From assembly GCA_001949185.1 (NCBI GenBank), contig BDGG01000001.1, forward strand, positions 7,204,149 through 7,268,148: a stretch of DNA of 64,000 bases, given 5' to 3'. Positions 36,307-48,311 of the stretch are shown here, piece by piece. Position numbers and translations under genes: made by a program. The notes under the pieces are model-generated. The model saw only the letters and a list, made by a program, of their open reading frames with translations, ran no database searches and had not been told where the DNA came from. How positions within the stretch are numbered: position 1 is the stretch's first letter; each line of letters begins with the position of its first letter. Source of the DNA: Ramazzottius varieornatus (taxonomy: Eukaryota > Animalia > Tardigrada).

Positions 36307-39300
36307 ATGGCCGCTGCGCCGTCACGAGAGGCGATCGGATGTCGGACGTGGACTAGGATGCTAACACACACCACCATCTTTCTCCTGGCGTTCCTTTCTG
36401 GTACAGACGAACCGCAAGAAGCCCATAAAATAATCCATTATTCGCACGTAGTGTCATCTAAAAATTGTCCCAGTCTGTAATTTATGGTGGACATTTAGTG
36501 TTTGGTTCGTAGGCTCAAATGGACAGAATGCTCCAGTTTTCGTGATTGATCCCCAATCGACGACAGCTCGGCTGGGCGAGAACGTCTCGCTGAAATGCAA
36601 GACGGCTCCACCGACCGAAGTTCTCTGGATGTATGATAACCTACCCATAGTCTCCAACACCTCGTATGAGATACGTTCTGATGAAGTGTCGGGTATGTGT
36701 CAAATTAAATGCGCATATTTCTGAGGTGGTCATGCGCTCCAGACCGCACGGGTCTTTCAACTGTCGTTAATGGTTTTTTAATGGTACAGGCGAACATGAA
36801 ATTATCATCAAAGGTATCTCCATGCGACGCGATGGGCCGTATCGTTGCCGGACACAGGACACTACCACCAAACCGGTTAACAGCCAGTCGGCTCAAGTTA
36901 CCGTCATCGGTGAGAATCTCCTCAAAGTTTTCACGTCATCCATCGGTCCATAAAAAAACTTCCTAAAAAATGCTGAAGAAAAATTAAAGAGACATCTTCG
37001 GGTTCGTCAGGAAAGTCAGTACACGTAGTACTTCGCGCAACAGGGCGCCCAACTCTTTAAATTCGGTTTTTCCTTCTCTCCTACGGGTGATTTTCTTCCC
37101 TATCTGGAGAGCTTTTTGAAACCTTGATTGGACATCTTGGGTTAGCGGCCATCTTCTGCCTGGGAAGGCCGAGCGTGTCGTTAGCTCAAGTATCTGTTTG
37201 CTTGGCTGTAAAGTTGACCTGTAGGCAAGTGCGAAGGTTTCTCGCCACAATGGCAATGTAGCGTGATGATGGATGACGCGTTCGGGGCATAAGTAGTGTT
37301 TGTCTTGGTTGTCTATGAAAATTGAAGATTTCTAAAGTGGTTGGCCACTTGTGAGCATCCTGTATTAATTAACAGTTGCACCGAGTGACATCAAGTTGCT
37401 CCCATTCAATCCCAGCACCGTCGTGCAGGAGAACATGGAGACATCCTTGACGTGCCGTGTCAGCGGAGGCAAGCCTGCACCCCACATTGAATGGTTCAAA
37501 GACCAGGACAGGATGGAAACCGGTGGGGAGACTCAAGTGGAACCCAGCGATGAGACCAGAATCGAGAATGTCACCAGTACCCTCAAGTGGACTCCAACAA
37601 GAGGGGATCATGAGAAGCACGTCTACTGCACCGCGTCACATCAAGCCTTACTTGATGGACCTCTTCGCGCAGAGACACTCCTCAATGTGGAATGTAAGTT
37701 GAATCGTAGAAATTCGCCCAAATCGATGATATGATCTAGTCCAACTCACCACAGCCACTTCCACTTGATTTCTTGATTGCGACGTGAACAAGGAAATACA
37801 TAGACGACTAGAACCGCTCGAGTTTCCCGCCGCCGATCAGACAAGTTTTTAAGTTTCTTGAGTTCAGACGCAAAAAGTTCTTTGGATAGAAATTTTGGAA
37901 AAAAATTGATGGTGTATTGAAAACGTTCGAACCCCGTCTCGTTCGCGGTGTAACGGGGGAGGAACGAGAAATCCCCTTTCATTTCGAGCGCTTCGATTAA
38001 TGTGACGTATTGCGTGATGAGGCGTGGAAAAATAGGGCCGACTATTCTCTTTTCTTGAGATGGACATTACGGTCCGTAGAGCTGATGATGAGCGTAGTTG
38101 GCTATTATTCATGAAACATAATGATGGTTGATCTTTGCTTTCTTTTCCGCAGTTGCTCCCTCCGTCAAGATCGTTTCCGTTCCCGAGACCGTGAAGGAGG
38201 GCGATGCGGTGACGTTACAGTGCCTGGCCGACGCCAATCCCTACATTGATTTGAAATTCCGATGGACCAAAAATGGCCTGCCGATGACGGACGTCTTTTC
38301 GGGCAGTCTCCATATTGACGCTGCTCAACGAAGCGAACGTCCCGCTGTTTACTCCTGCGAAGCTACTAATAAAGTCGGAACCGGCACGGCATCCTACTCT
38401 CTGGACGTCCACTGTAAGTATAACAAATACTCGACCAGACTAATTCATGCAAAGATACTGCATCGAAAAGCTCATTCGATTTACCAACCAGGAAGTAAAT
38501 TCGAATAACCCACAGGTTACGTCACTTGACTCGACTCGGCTAACAGCTCTGGAGAAAAATACGCTTTCGAATTTTCAAAGCTCTAACATTGGGTTTTCGT
38601 TAAAAAATTCTCACCAATCCTATTTTTCTCGGTAAACCTATTTTCGGTAATTATTATAATTTGTGGGAAACCATACTTGCCGTATGCGGGAGTTGATCGG
38701 GGTGATGTACGACTGTACGATACAGTGTATGGTCAACCAACTTGGCTTTTTTGTCTACAGATCCTGCCAGCTTCTTCTCCATGCCAGAAGTCGTGGGAGC
38801 CGATGTTCACCAAGAAGCCTTCCTGAACTGCAACGTGGACTCGAATCCTAAGGCGGATATCACATGGGAGAAGGCTGGTCAAGTGGTGGGCAGAGAGGCG
38901 ACCCTGCAGATTCGCACGCAAAGTGACCGCGACTTTGGTGTTTACCAGTGTGTAGCCACGACGAGGTTGGGGCAAGTGCGGAAGGAAGTGAAATTGCTAC
39001 AGAAAGGGCCGCCATTCATCAGTGCGGAAGCCTCTGTTTATGCCGAACAAAAGCAGAGTAGCGTGCAAATCAAGTGTGTCAGTAATGGACTTCCGCTGGT
39101 CCACAGTGTCCGCTGGACCACTCCCCAAGGACGCCTGGTCAATCCCTACGTCGATCCCCGCATGGAAGTAAGCCAAGAAGCCTTGGCTGATCGTGTCATC
39201 TCCAAGCTGACAATCAAAGATGTCCGCAAAGAGGATTTCGGCTTGTACAATTGCTCGGCCAACAACGCTTATGGCCTCAACGAACGATTGATCCCTCTAA

Positions 39301-40316
39301 AAGAAACAGGTTGGTTTTACACTCTACACAATAGAAATATAACTCTGTATGGCTTAACATGGGTTATCATTTTCATAACACTCTGTTGAGGCGTAACCGA
39401 GATAAACAGCCTGAACACCTCGAAGCTTACCATATGATGATCACGGATTACGGTTCCCCGAGAAAATTTTTGATCCTTCCTGTTTGTTATTTTGCAGACT
39501 GGTTGATGCCGATCATCGTTGGAAGTGCCTGCGGTGGAGTAGCGCTCCTCATCATCCTCGTTGTCAGCGCCGTGTGCTGTTTCACCAGATGCCGTACTCA
39601 CAACCGGCTGAAGCAAGCAAGCGGTGGGTGGTAGTTGAATTTGAAATGATTAAAAGCTAGCCCTTTAGCACTTTTACTACCCTCCTGTAATCCAGTTATT
39701 CTTCTACCCATCACTCAAAAATATGTTTTCATCAGCGTGACAATCACGCAAAACCTGGGAAAGTGTCAGATGAATTTAATTGGAATTTAATCGGCTGTGA
39801 ATTTGACGCGGTCAAAAATATTACACTGTCCTTTACACAGATACATCCGGAAGTACAGCAGCCAGCGACGATTTGGACCACAAGAGCGCCAATGGACCAC
39901 ACGGCGTTCTCCACGGTATGTACAACGCAAGCAACGACAGTTTAGCCGATGGAAAGTGCAACGGATGGAACAGCGGCACGACGGGAAGAACGACCAACGG
40001 ACTCCTTAATGGGGTTCATCCCTACACGATCCAAGAGGGTTATGGGCGGAAGGACCCTCAGAACTACTACACGCGCTATGCCGATTACGAGCAAGAGTAC
40101 AACCCCAACAGCTTTTTGGGCTTGCCGGTCATGTACACACCGACCATGTCCATGGAGGGCATGCAGGCCGAACAGGAAGGTTCGCGGGATCCTTCTCCCT
40201 ATCACGCATCTGGTCTGCCCAAAGTGGAGCCCTTGTATGTTCGTTATCCGGCTGTCAACGGAGCTGCCCTAATGCTCGACAGTGCTCTCAATTCCCGATT
40301 AGCCACAAATGTCTAA
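36307..40316 (+). CDS. Kirre/Roughest/NEPH(KIRREL)/SYG-1-like Ig-superfamily adhesion receptor
   Basis: Kozak ACCGCCATGG and signal peptide; five Ig domains over exons 2-6 (second is C2-set-like TCRVSGGKPAPHIEWFKD; fifth has DFGLYNCSANNAYG); TM IIVGSACGGVALLIILVVSAVCCF; Tyr-rich tail ending -RLATNV (PDZ-binding T-x-V). Confidence 0.88.
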
Positions 40317-41517
40317 TGGAGATGACTCTACGCTTCATGTCTGATCGATGCCTTGATCCTTCACATGGTAAACTTTCACTTCCTCCTAGTTAAACTCGAT
40401 CGCTGATCTTTCGATAATGGAATACTTTACGAAAGCTTTGTTCTTCCGTTACAGAAGTGACCCATCTTGCCAAAGAATGAACGAACGGATCTGAAGTGGA
40501 CCTTTCGAAGGATCAATACCATCTTGGGAAGCATACCACGTCTTTCAGTCTTTATCTTGCTTTACTCAATCAGCTCGTACAGCAAATTGTTCCTCGTTAT
40601 TTTCGCATTCTCTTGTTCTGAATTGTGAGCTTGTGCTGGTGGATCGAACCTGACCGTATCCTGGTGCACTGTTTTCTTTTCTCGTTCAGCTCAATGCTCT
40701 GGAACCGCGTACTCGCGTTTTGATTTAGTTTTAGCAATGCAGTACTGGTCAATGAAGCCTCGACCATACCGAAAGAATTTATGTTTTACATTTTCGACCT
40801 TACAGATTCTCTTGATAAAAAATCAGAAAATCGTCTCGGAAACATGCGTGCTCGTACGATCAATATGAAGAACACTACTCTGAAGGTACCTTAACATGTC
40901 AGCAATCTACAGGAATCGCTGTTCAATAGCTCGGCGAGCTTGCTGCTAAAAGGGGGCGCGTTGGGGTTTCTGACACTGGAGATCTCGGAAAACCAGAATC
41001 CACAGCCTTTCGGAACACATCTTTGAGTGGCAGACAGCAGAAGCAAGGATGTGCAAGTCTAGAAAGTTACAGTTCTCTCTTACTCCATCTTAAAGTAGCA
41101 GTCAGTAGGGATACGGAGGGATTTTCCAGGGTGGAGAAGTCGTTCTTGCTCGATGAGGTGTTCGAATATTGTTCCCCATGTCCGCGCCGAAATGTCTCTT
41201 CCTGCAAAGATCGAACCATCTACTGTACGGCATCTCAGGCTCGGAATTCGTGGTTAAAAACAAAGAGTGTGTCTTGCGCCATTCCCCTTCGCTGTGATGC
41301 AAAGGAGGTGCCATTTCCGATTCATGAGCAGTTGACAGTACGCGTACAGAAATGGTCAGCTGATTATCCGCTCCATTCTGCGACAACGGAGACCCTGTGG
41401 GATAAGATTTAGCTGCTCTACACCATACTCCGAGAAACGAGTTCAGACACTTCGTGGCGGACAATGGTCAAGTAGGGCTCGAGCCCTGCAAATCTTCTCG
41501 TTTACGCCCTTACTGTA

Positions 41518-41681
41518 CACCCACAACAAGAAAATATGGACCAGTAAAAATCATCGGCCAGGCGGAAAAGACGGCAAAATAGAAATTCAACCATAGAAAA
41601 GTGTCGGATAGTGCGTTAGCGTGAATCAATCGCGTACGTACATGCTTCCATAACTGCCCCATGATTTTTCCGCCGCGCGGG
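41518..41681. mobile_element. Degenerate MITE related to the 18015-18469 element
   Basis: TA-flanked; shares GGAAA(A/G)GACGGCAAA and terminal sequence; the right end reverse-complements to CCCGCGCGGCGGAAAAATCATGGGG. Confidence 0.6.
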
Positions 41682-41894
41682 TACACCGAGGCGTTTCTCT
41701 GTCAGCAGGTTTGATTGTTGATTGTCTGAACTCAAAACGAATTAATTTTGTTTTAGGCCAGTTAGGCAGTTTTGAACGTTTGACTTTCCCAGCTTCCGTT
41801 CTCGTCGCCCACAATTCCTGCGCATCCTGTTCCCGTGCTCTGTTGGATGACGACGTTTAGGATCTCGAGAGACTGATCTGCAAAGTAGCTGCCG

Positions 41895-43948
41895 ATGATC
41901 GTTCGTCGTCCGTGCTTAACTCGCCTTGCGCACGAGTACCTCCCAAGATGTGGCTTCTTCGACCATCCTCTTTCCATCACCTCCTCCCTCTTCTTCGCAA
42001 CCTCCGAATGCCACCATCCGTGTGAGTTATCGCACACAGACGCCTTTGTGGAACGCACACCTAAAGTGATGTGGCTGCTTCCTAGGTCGGCAGTTCTCGC
42101 TCAGTTCTCGGTGGCAAGTTGGAGGAAAGCCGCTGCTGGATATCTACATGGATAAAGTCAAGACTGGTCACCTCCGCCAAGACCCCGCACAACTTAGCGT
42201 TCTGAAAGAATATCAAACATTAACAGACGAACTCGAGGACTACAAAAGCGTTGCGCCATCGACTCAAGGATTTTTTTCGAAATTATTCGGCTCGCGTCCG
42301 AAGATAAAACCTCCACACGGCTTGTACGTTTATGGAACCGTAGGTACGAAATTCCTCTCCTGAATATCGGTATGTTGATTTTGCGGAAACGCCATGGCAT
42401 CTGTGCTTATAGGTACGGGAAAAACAATGTTGATGGATATGTTTTACGATAACGTGGCGATGGACAGGAAGCGACGCGTGCATTTCAACGCGTTCATGCT
42501 CGATGTACACAACAGCAAGTCTTCGAACAATATTCTTCACTTCATATTCTTCTCCTTTTACATCAGTCTAATTATTCAATAATTATTCAAATGATTTTAG
42601 GAATACACAGGTTCAAGCAGAACCTTCCGCGGTCGACGGATATGAAGAAGGAATTTTCGTACGACCCTATCGCCGCAGTCGCCAGAGAACTATCGGCAGC
42701 GGAGCAGCTGCTTTGCTTCGACGAATTTCAGGCTCGTCATTCATTGTTGATACTATGTATTCTCGGTGTGTGGTACCCAGACGTTTCTTCGCAGGTGACG
42801 GATATCGCAGACGCAATGATACTCAGAAGGTTGTTCACGCTGTTGTTTGAAAGCCGAGTGATCGTAGTGGCTACGTCGAACCGTCCTCCTGATGGTGAGC
42901 TCGCAGCACCCGGATGAAGTTGCGCAAAGTTCTTTCTGCCGTGGTAATGTTGCTTTGTCGTTTCTGCGTGCAGATTTGTACAAGAATGGGCTACAAAGAG
43001 CTCAATTCGTCCCGTTCATTGCGGTCCTCAAAGAATATTGTCGGGTATTGTCCTTGAATAGCGGGATTGACTACCGGACGATATCGATGGGCGGCAGCCG
43101 GAAGTCGAACTATTTCCTGTAAGAAATGATCACTCTGTTCGCGGTATGAAACATATTTCTTTCTTTTACACGATTAAAATGGTGTGAGTCGTGGTTTGGA
43201 CCGTCGCAGGACTACGGAGCCGGATTCGGTGCGGGCTGTTGACAGAATATTCAAGACGTTGACCGCCACGCAGAACGATGTGGTACGTCCGCGGAAGATC
43301 CGTATCAAGGGGCGCGAAGTCGATTTTGCAAAAACATGTGGAAAAATACTCGACGCCACGTTCGAAGAACTTTGTGTGAGGGTAGGTGACGCGCTTTTGG
43401 TGGGAATCTCAAACATAACAGATGCGGTTATCCGAAGGGAAGTGGTTTTGTTCCTACGAGTTTTTCTAATTTTAAACTGTCCTATAGACACTTGGAACGA
43501 TCGATTACGTCTTCCTGTGTCAGACCTTCGACACCTTCATCATTCGGAACGTCCCAGTCATGTCCCTAAAAGTGCGAGATCCCCTCCGACGGTTCATCTC
43601 GCTGATCGACACGCTGTATGACCAGAAGACAAAGCTGGTGGTCCTCGCGGACGTTCCCGCGATGGACCTATTCCAAGCAGATACAGAAGCGAGTAACCCC
43701 GATGAAAAGTCTGGTAACGTCCTGATGGATGATCTGAAATTCGGTTACGCTGATGTGAGTTTTGTGCTTGTTTTACTATCGTGGTAGTTCGCCTCCTGAT
43801 GATTGAACATCTCGTTTCTTTCTGGCAGGAGAACGCCAAAGCCAGTATATTCACCGGTGACGAGGAACTGTTTGCTGTGGGTCGTACCGTGTCCCGACTG
43901 TTGGAGATGCAGCGTGAGGAATACTGGGTTCAGGCATCGAAATCCTGA
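41895..43948 (+). CDS. AFG1L: AFG1-like mitochondrial AAA+ ATPase (LACE1)
   Basis: [20 protein letters not shown] (Walker A), [29 protein letters not shown] (Walker B), [48 protein letters not shown]; stop at 43946-48. Confidence 0.96.
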
Positions 43949-44051
43949 GCTCACACTTAGTGGTCAGGTGGTCAGTCAAGTCGTACGACTTTTGTGTATT
44001 TTTTCGGGCTAACTACAAAGCTCCCTGTGACCGGTTGATTTTCGTACAGTA

Positions 44052-44216
44052 CAGTGTACGCCAAAATAAACCGTTAAAAATGGGTGTATGGAGTCAGATG
44101 GTTAAAGCCAATGAAATTTGCCCATGCAGCAAAACCTAATTCTCATTGGCCGAGTCGTAGGTGAGCTCAGCTGGAGTGTTCCGCCCATTTTCAACGGTTC
44201 ATTTTGTCGTACAATG
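44052..44216. mobile_element. 165-bp TA-flanked MITE (Tc1/mariner-type)
   Basis: ~35-bp imperfect TIRs CAGTGTACGCCAAAATAAACCGTTAAAAATGGGTG / CGCCCATTTTCAACGGTTCATTTTGTCGTACAATG; TA on both sides; inner GCCAATGA/TCATTGGC pair. Confidence 0.82.
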
Positions 44217-44219
44217 TAC

Positions 44220-44625
44220 GTTAATGTACGTTACATTTTACATTACAATTACACTTTTACACGACATTACAACCACGGGGAAGTTGTAATGTAAATGTAA
44301 AATGCAATTACAACTTTTACCTGCCAGAATCTGCGGCATTTCTGAGTGTTTTTGCCGCCAGAAATCTAAAATTCGGCTGACTTACGCGGAAAAATGTCAG
44401 AAACTTCCTGAGTATGGTCATTCTGCAACCCTATTTTTATCTTTGTCTGCAAGACAATCACTAAGATCTATATTCTATGCAAACATAGATATAGCTGGTT
44501 CGTCGTTTTCGTCGCTCCTTGTCACTTTTAGGCGTTACAAACCGCTCGGTCTGTAGAATGTAAAGTCGTGTAAAATGTAATTACACTTTTACAATTACAC
44601 TATTTTACATTACACGGACCATCTG
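44220..44625. repeat. TTACA/TGTAA-rich element, possibly a non-autonomous hAT remnant
   Basis: Dense TTACA/TGTAA arrays at both ends, including an inverted TTTTACACGAC/GTCGTGTAAAA pair; possible CTG terminus at ~44625. Confidence 0.45.
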
Positions 44626-45027
44626 CGTGTAATGCTCATCATTACAGTACGTTATGACGAGCTTATTATCAGACATCTACTGCGCAATCTTTCTGAAAGG
44701 GATTAGATCGAAGCATAGTGCTGAAAGTAAACAAGAAGCCCACATAGAAGTGATCGATTCGGCGAGACAGGTCATGAAAAGAGACGGCAGACAGAAATAG
44801 AATGAAAGAGAATTTGGAATTAGCTATGTGGTTACAGCAATGTCGTTGCAACAAGGTCCGGAATAGATATCACAATCAAATTGCAGTTTGACAGACCGGG
44901 TAAAAATATCAAGTCTTTCATTTCTCAAGAAAACCTAGGGTAAGACTAAAACACATGTTTGGAATATGGAAGGACTATGGATTCCTCTGAGCACGCAGCA
45001 AAAACTACTCTCGGGTTCCACTTCCGG

Positions 45028-46152
45028 TCACTTCTTTGGTGAAAAAAACTTCCAGTACGTCACACCCGCAAGAATGACAACCTCGATTCCGATGATAACG
45101 ATTAGGAAGATTTTGTTCGTCACTATCCTGGAAAGAGATAAAGTCCAGCCTTCCGACACCCTGTTTAACATGTTCGGTCCGGGGAAGATCCGGGATTGAG
45201 ACCGCTGTCGTAACGAATTTACTCACCGTCTTCCCATCGAACGGATGATTCCCCTGCTTTTCGTCAGATCGTGGTTTGTCTCTTCCAGCTGCAAACACAA
45301 TCATCAGTTTCTCTATCACCTGTGATAAGAGAGTCAGACCAAAAAAGGCCGACTCACTCGGCTCCTCGTATTTTCGAGTGTTTCGCGTTGAAGGTGCAGT
45401 TCGCCAACCACTCCAGTTCCAATTTGCTCGGTCTCAGCTGACACCGCCAACGATCTTCCGAGCGACTCTTGGGTTCTCTCTAGGATGGCTCGCCCTTGAA
45501 GTAGCTGATTCCGATTGGCTGCTTCGCGAGGCTAAGATGACAACAACACAGGTTCATTCGTGATGTCGACTGTTGTTTCCGTACAGTTCTTCCAGAGTGG
45601 CACCTTACGTCACGAACCAGATGCTGTGTCATACGAGCGACATGACATACTCATACTAGCAGTGCTATCTGACGTCATAAACGTACAACGTAACAGCGTA
45701 CTTACGTCCATCTGGACAAAAAATGGGTTCGAGTTGTCCATGGCTCCACCACCTCTTCTGTCTTGCTCTTCGCTTTTCAGATGGGTGACTGAGGAACGGA
45801 TACGGTCGACTTGTGTGCGATAATCTTTCATTTGCGCGTTGAGTTGCTGGCGATAAGATAGACCCGCTTGGAGATCCGAGTCAGCTTCCAGTTGCATCTC
45901 TCGCAAGAGGCGCTGTGCATCGTCTGCTTCACCATCCAGCTCGCGCATCACACGTTTCCTCTCCTCTACGATATTCTATATTGGTCACAGCATCTCTCCT
46001 CAAAGGAGTAAACTTGTGCAAATTCGAAAAAACTTACCCCCAGCGGGTAATGATGGCAGACGACGATCCAGCTTCCTCTGCATGGACGCAATCAAAGCTT
46101 TCAGCTCGTCCGCCAGCACACCAAACCTGTCGTACCCCGACATCGTCAGCAT
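45028..46152 (-). CDS. VTI1B: Vesicle transport v-SNARE VTI1B (Qb-SNARE)
   Basis: Habc region (LLREMQLEA...YRTQV); SNARE motif QLLQGRAILERTQESLGRSLAVSAETEQIGTGVVGELHLQRETLENTRSRLEETNHDLTKSRGIIRSM; C-terminal TM TNKIFLIVIIGIEVVILAGVTYWKFF. Start could be 46143. Confidence 0.92.
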
Positions 46153-46373
46153 AAAACGGACAGCGGAGTGAAGTTAGCCCGTCAAGATCACATCACAAGA
46201 AGTCCTGAGAGCGAGAGTGAGACAGACAGATCCATCCGTCAAAAATGGAAATTCTCGAATGCGAATTGCGAAGATTGTTTTTGATTTTTCATCGGATCAA
46301 GCTGCGTAATCAACGCAAATGCCAGCTGATCAACAATCAACACGCTGGCCCATATTTTTGAGACGCTCACCAA

Positions 46374-46487
46374 CCGGAAGTTGATCCACCACGTGCTTTT
46401 TCAGTACAATTGTGTACATGTCAAGTCAGAACTGTGTTTCGGACCACGTGGTGCCGACAACGTACAGCCAAGGTTTTACGGCACGTG
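46374..46487. promoter_or_regulatory. Probable bidirectional promoter with three CACGTG E-boxes and an ETS site
   Basis: CCGGAAGT at 46374-81; CACGTG at 46390, 46445 and 46482; lies between divergently oriented genes. Confidence 0.55.
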
Positions 46488-46837
46488 ATGATCTTGTTCG
46501 TCACCATACCATCTCAGTCGGTTGGAACTGCATTTTCCCATCAAAACGCAGTCATATTCCTCTCCGAATCATATTAAGGTAGTCCATTGTTCGCTCGCCC
46601 ATTCGTTCCAGGCCCCAGGTCAGAAGATCCCTTCCGGATTCTCACTCCTTCGACGGAATCTTCGACGGAACAACCGCCAGAGTATCAGGTAAGCTGTCGC
46701 GTGAGTTGCATACAGTGCTTCTTGCGTTTGTTCTGAGCCACACTTTTATGTGGAACTTCTTAGAACGTGCCCGTGGACCCATCATTCCTGAAGACCTGAA
46801 CCAGTAGCAAGTACTTTCGAGTAGTATTCTTTACAAG

Positions 46838-47660
46838 ATGCCGTCGGGAAAAACCATTTCTCAAGATGCCGTGGTAAGGCTTTACAGGTTACCATTTCAA
46901 TAAGCAAACTCGACAAGATGGTTTTTTCGAGTAACGCACGACTTCAGCCAATTACACTGATAACGTGCGCCACTTGGGAAAGTCCCGTGTCGAGTTTCTT
47001 TGCCGAGCTTCCCAACTTGGTTTTCTTCGTTAGGATATGCTGCGCTACATGCACGTTAAGCACAACCTGTCGTACTCAAAGATCGGAGAGCTTGTTGGAC
47101 GACCCAAGAACTACATCGGCCGTTTACTTAGCGCCTGCGACCCCATAACAGGGGTACGTGTCCTCCAGAAGAAAGGCCGGAAGACCAAGACAAACGACGA
47201 AGTCCACCAAGCAATTCGTCAAATGGCTCTTGAGAACCCGTTCATAGGTTGCGAAGCTCTGACAAAAATGTTCAACGAGTCCTCCAGCGAAGTGAAGCTG
47301 TCCAAGTCCAGCATTCATCGGAGGCTGAAAGAAGTCGGGATTAACGTTGTGAAGGTTTCGGCAGTGGTGGAGGACGGACCGGAAGACAGCAAGAAAAGGT
47401 ACCCCAAGCAGCAGACCCTGTGGAAGTTCGAGCAGGTTCCGGAGAAGAAGAAAAGAGTAGTCAAGAAGAGAAAGAAAGCCGAGCCACAGGCGGAAACGCA
47501 GCCGGAAGTGAGCGAACTGGTGTTGGGATCTTTGCAGGAAAGCGTAGTACCGGAAGTGGAAATGCAGCAAGGGCCGCAGTCACAGCAGTCAGCTGTGCAG
47601 ACTATTAACATTCTCATAGATCCCACGCTTGGTTATCCGGAGGTAATACAGTTTGCGTAG
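46838..47660 (+). CDS. Tc1/Tc3-transposase-derived bipartite HTH DNA-binding protein, no DDE domain (~220 aa)
   Basis: Exons 46838-46873 and 47034-47660: MPSGKTISQDAVDMLRYMHVKHNLSYSKIGELVGRPKNYIGRLL...KKGRKTKT...IRQMALENPF...LSKSSIHRRLKEVG, then basic NLS-like KKKRVVKKRKK and an E/Q-rich tail. Confidence 0.8.
46905..46995. repeat. Palindromic element (reverse orientation) in the intron of the HTH gene
   Basis: AAACTCGACAAGATGG..CGCACGACTTCAGCCAATTACACTGATAACGTGCGCCACTTGGGAA. Confidence 0.85.
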
Positions 47661-48061
47661 AGCTTTGGAGATATTTGGCAAGTACGCCGGTCGGAATTAG
47701 TCCCTTGTACATTGAAGCTCGACCTTCTGATACGCTGAAGAGTACTGTGGTACGTGAAACTGATCGAACAATGAACACTGCAGGTTTGTGGGATGATTTC
47801 TCGTCGTTTTTGCTTTTTACATCGATGCATCTACTTGAGCAACGTGATCGATAATTTTGTCGTAGCCATGAATAATTGCAAGAGCCCCAAAGGTATACGG
47901 TGCAAAAGCTTGAATTCTTCAGATCACAAGCATTCAAGCTTCCTTTTGTTGCAAAAGAGAAGATTGCGAGAGGAAGCAGTTGATGCTACTAACAATCGCT
48001 GGCTGAATTGTCCAGCCAGGAAGTCAGCTGTGTGTTCGAGATAAGGAAGATGCCACGCCCT

Positions 48062-48069
48062 TATCGATA
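48062..48069. promoter_or_regulatory. DRE-like TATCGATA upstream of the AKR gene
   Basis: Perfect palindrome TTATCGATAA ~250 bp upstream of ATG 48312. Confidence 0.3.
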
Positions 48070-48311
48070 AGAAGTCTCTCTCCGTCCTCTCTTTGAACTT
48101 TGGTCGCTTACAGTCATCTCGTGTGCATCAATTATCGTCCATGGCTGTCTTGGAGTTGGTTCCTTTTCGTGATATTCCACGTGTTTCGGTAAACAAATTG
48201 GCTTGGTGATGTTGCTGTAGTCTTTGCGGATAAATTCCCGCGAAAAGTCTTGATCGCAGTGCGCAGGTTGAAGACTTCCTTTCGGGGCAAGCTTATCATA
48301 TCTTTCTTACA

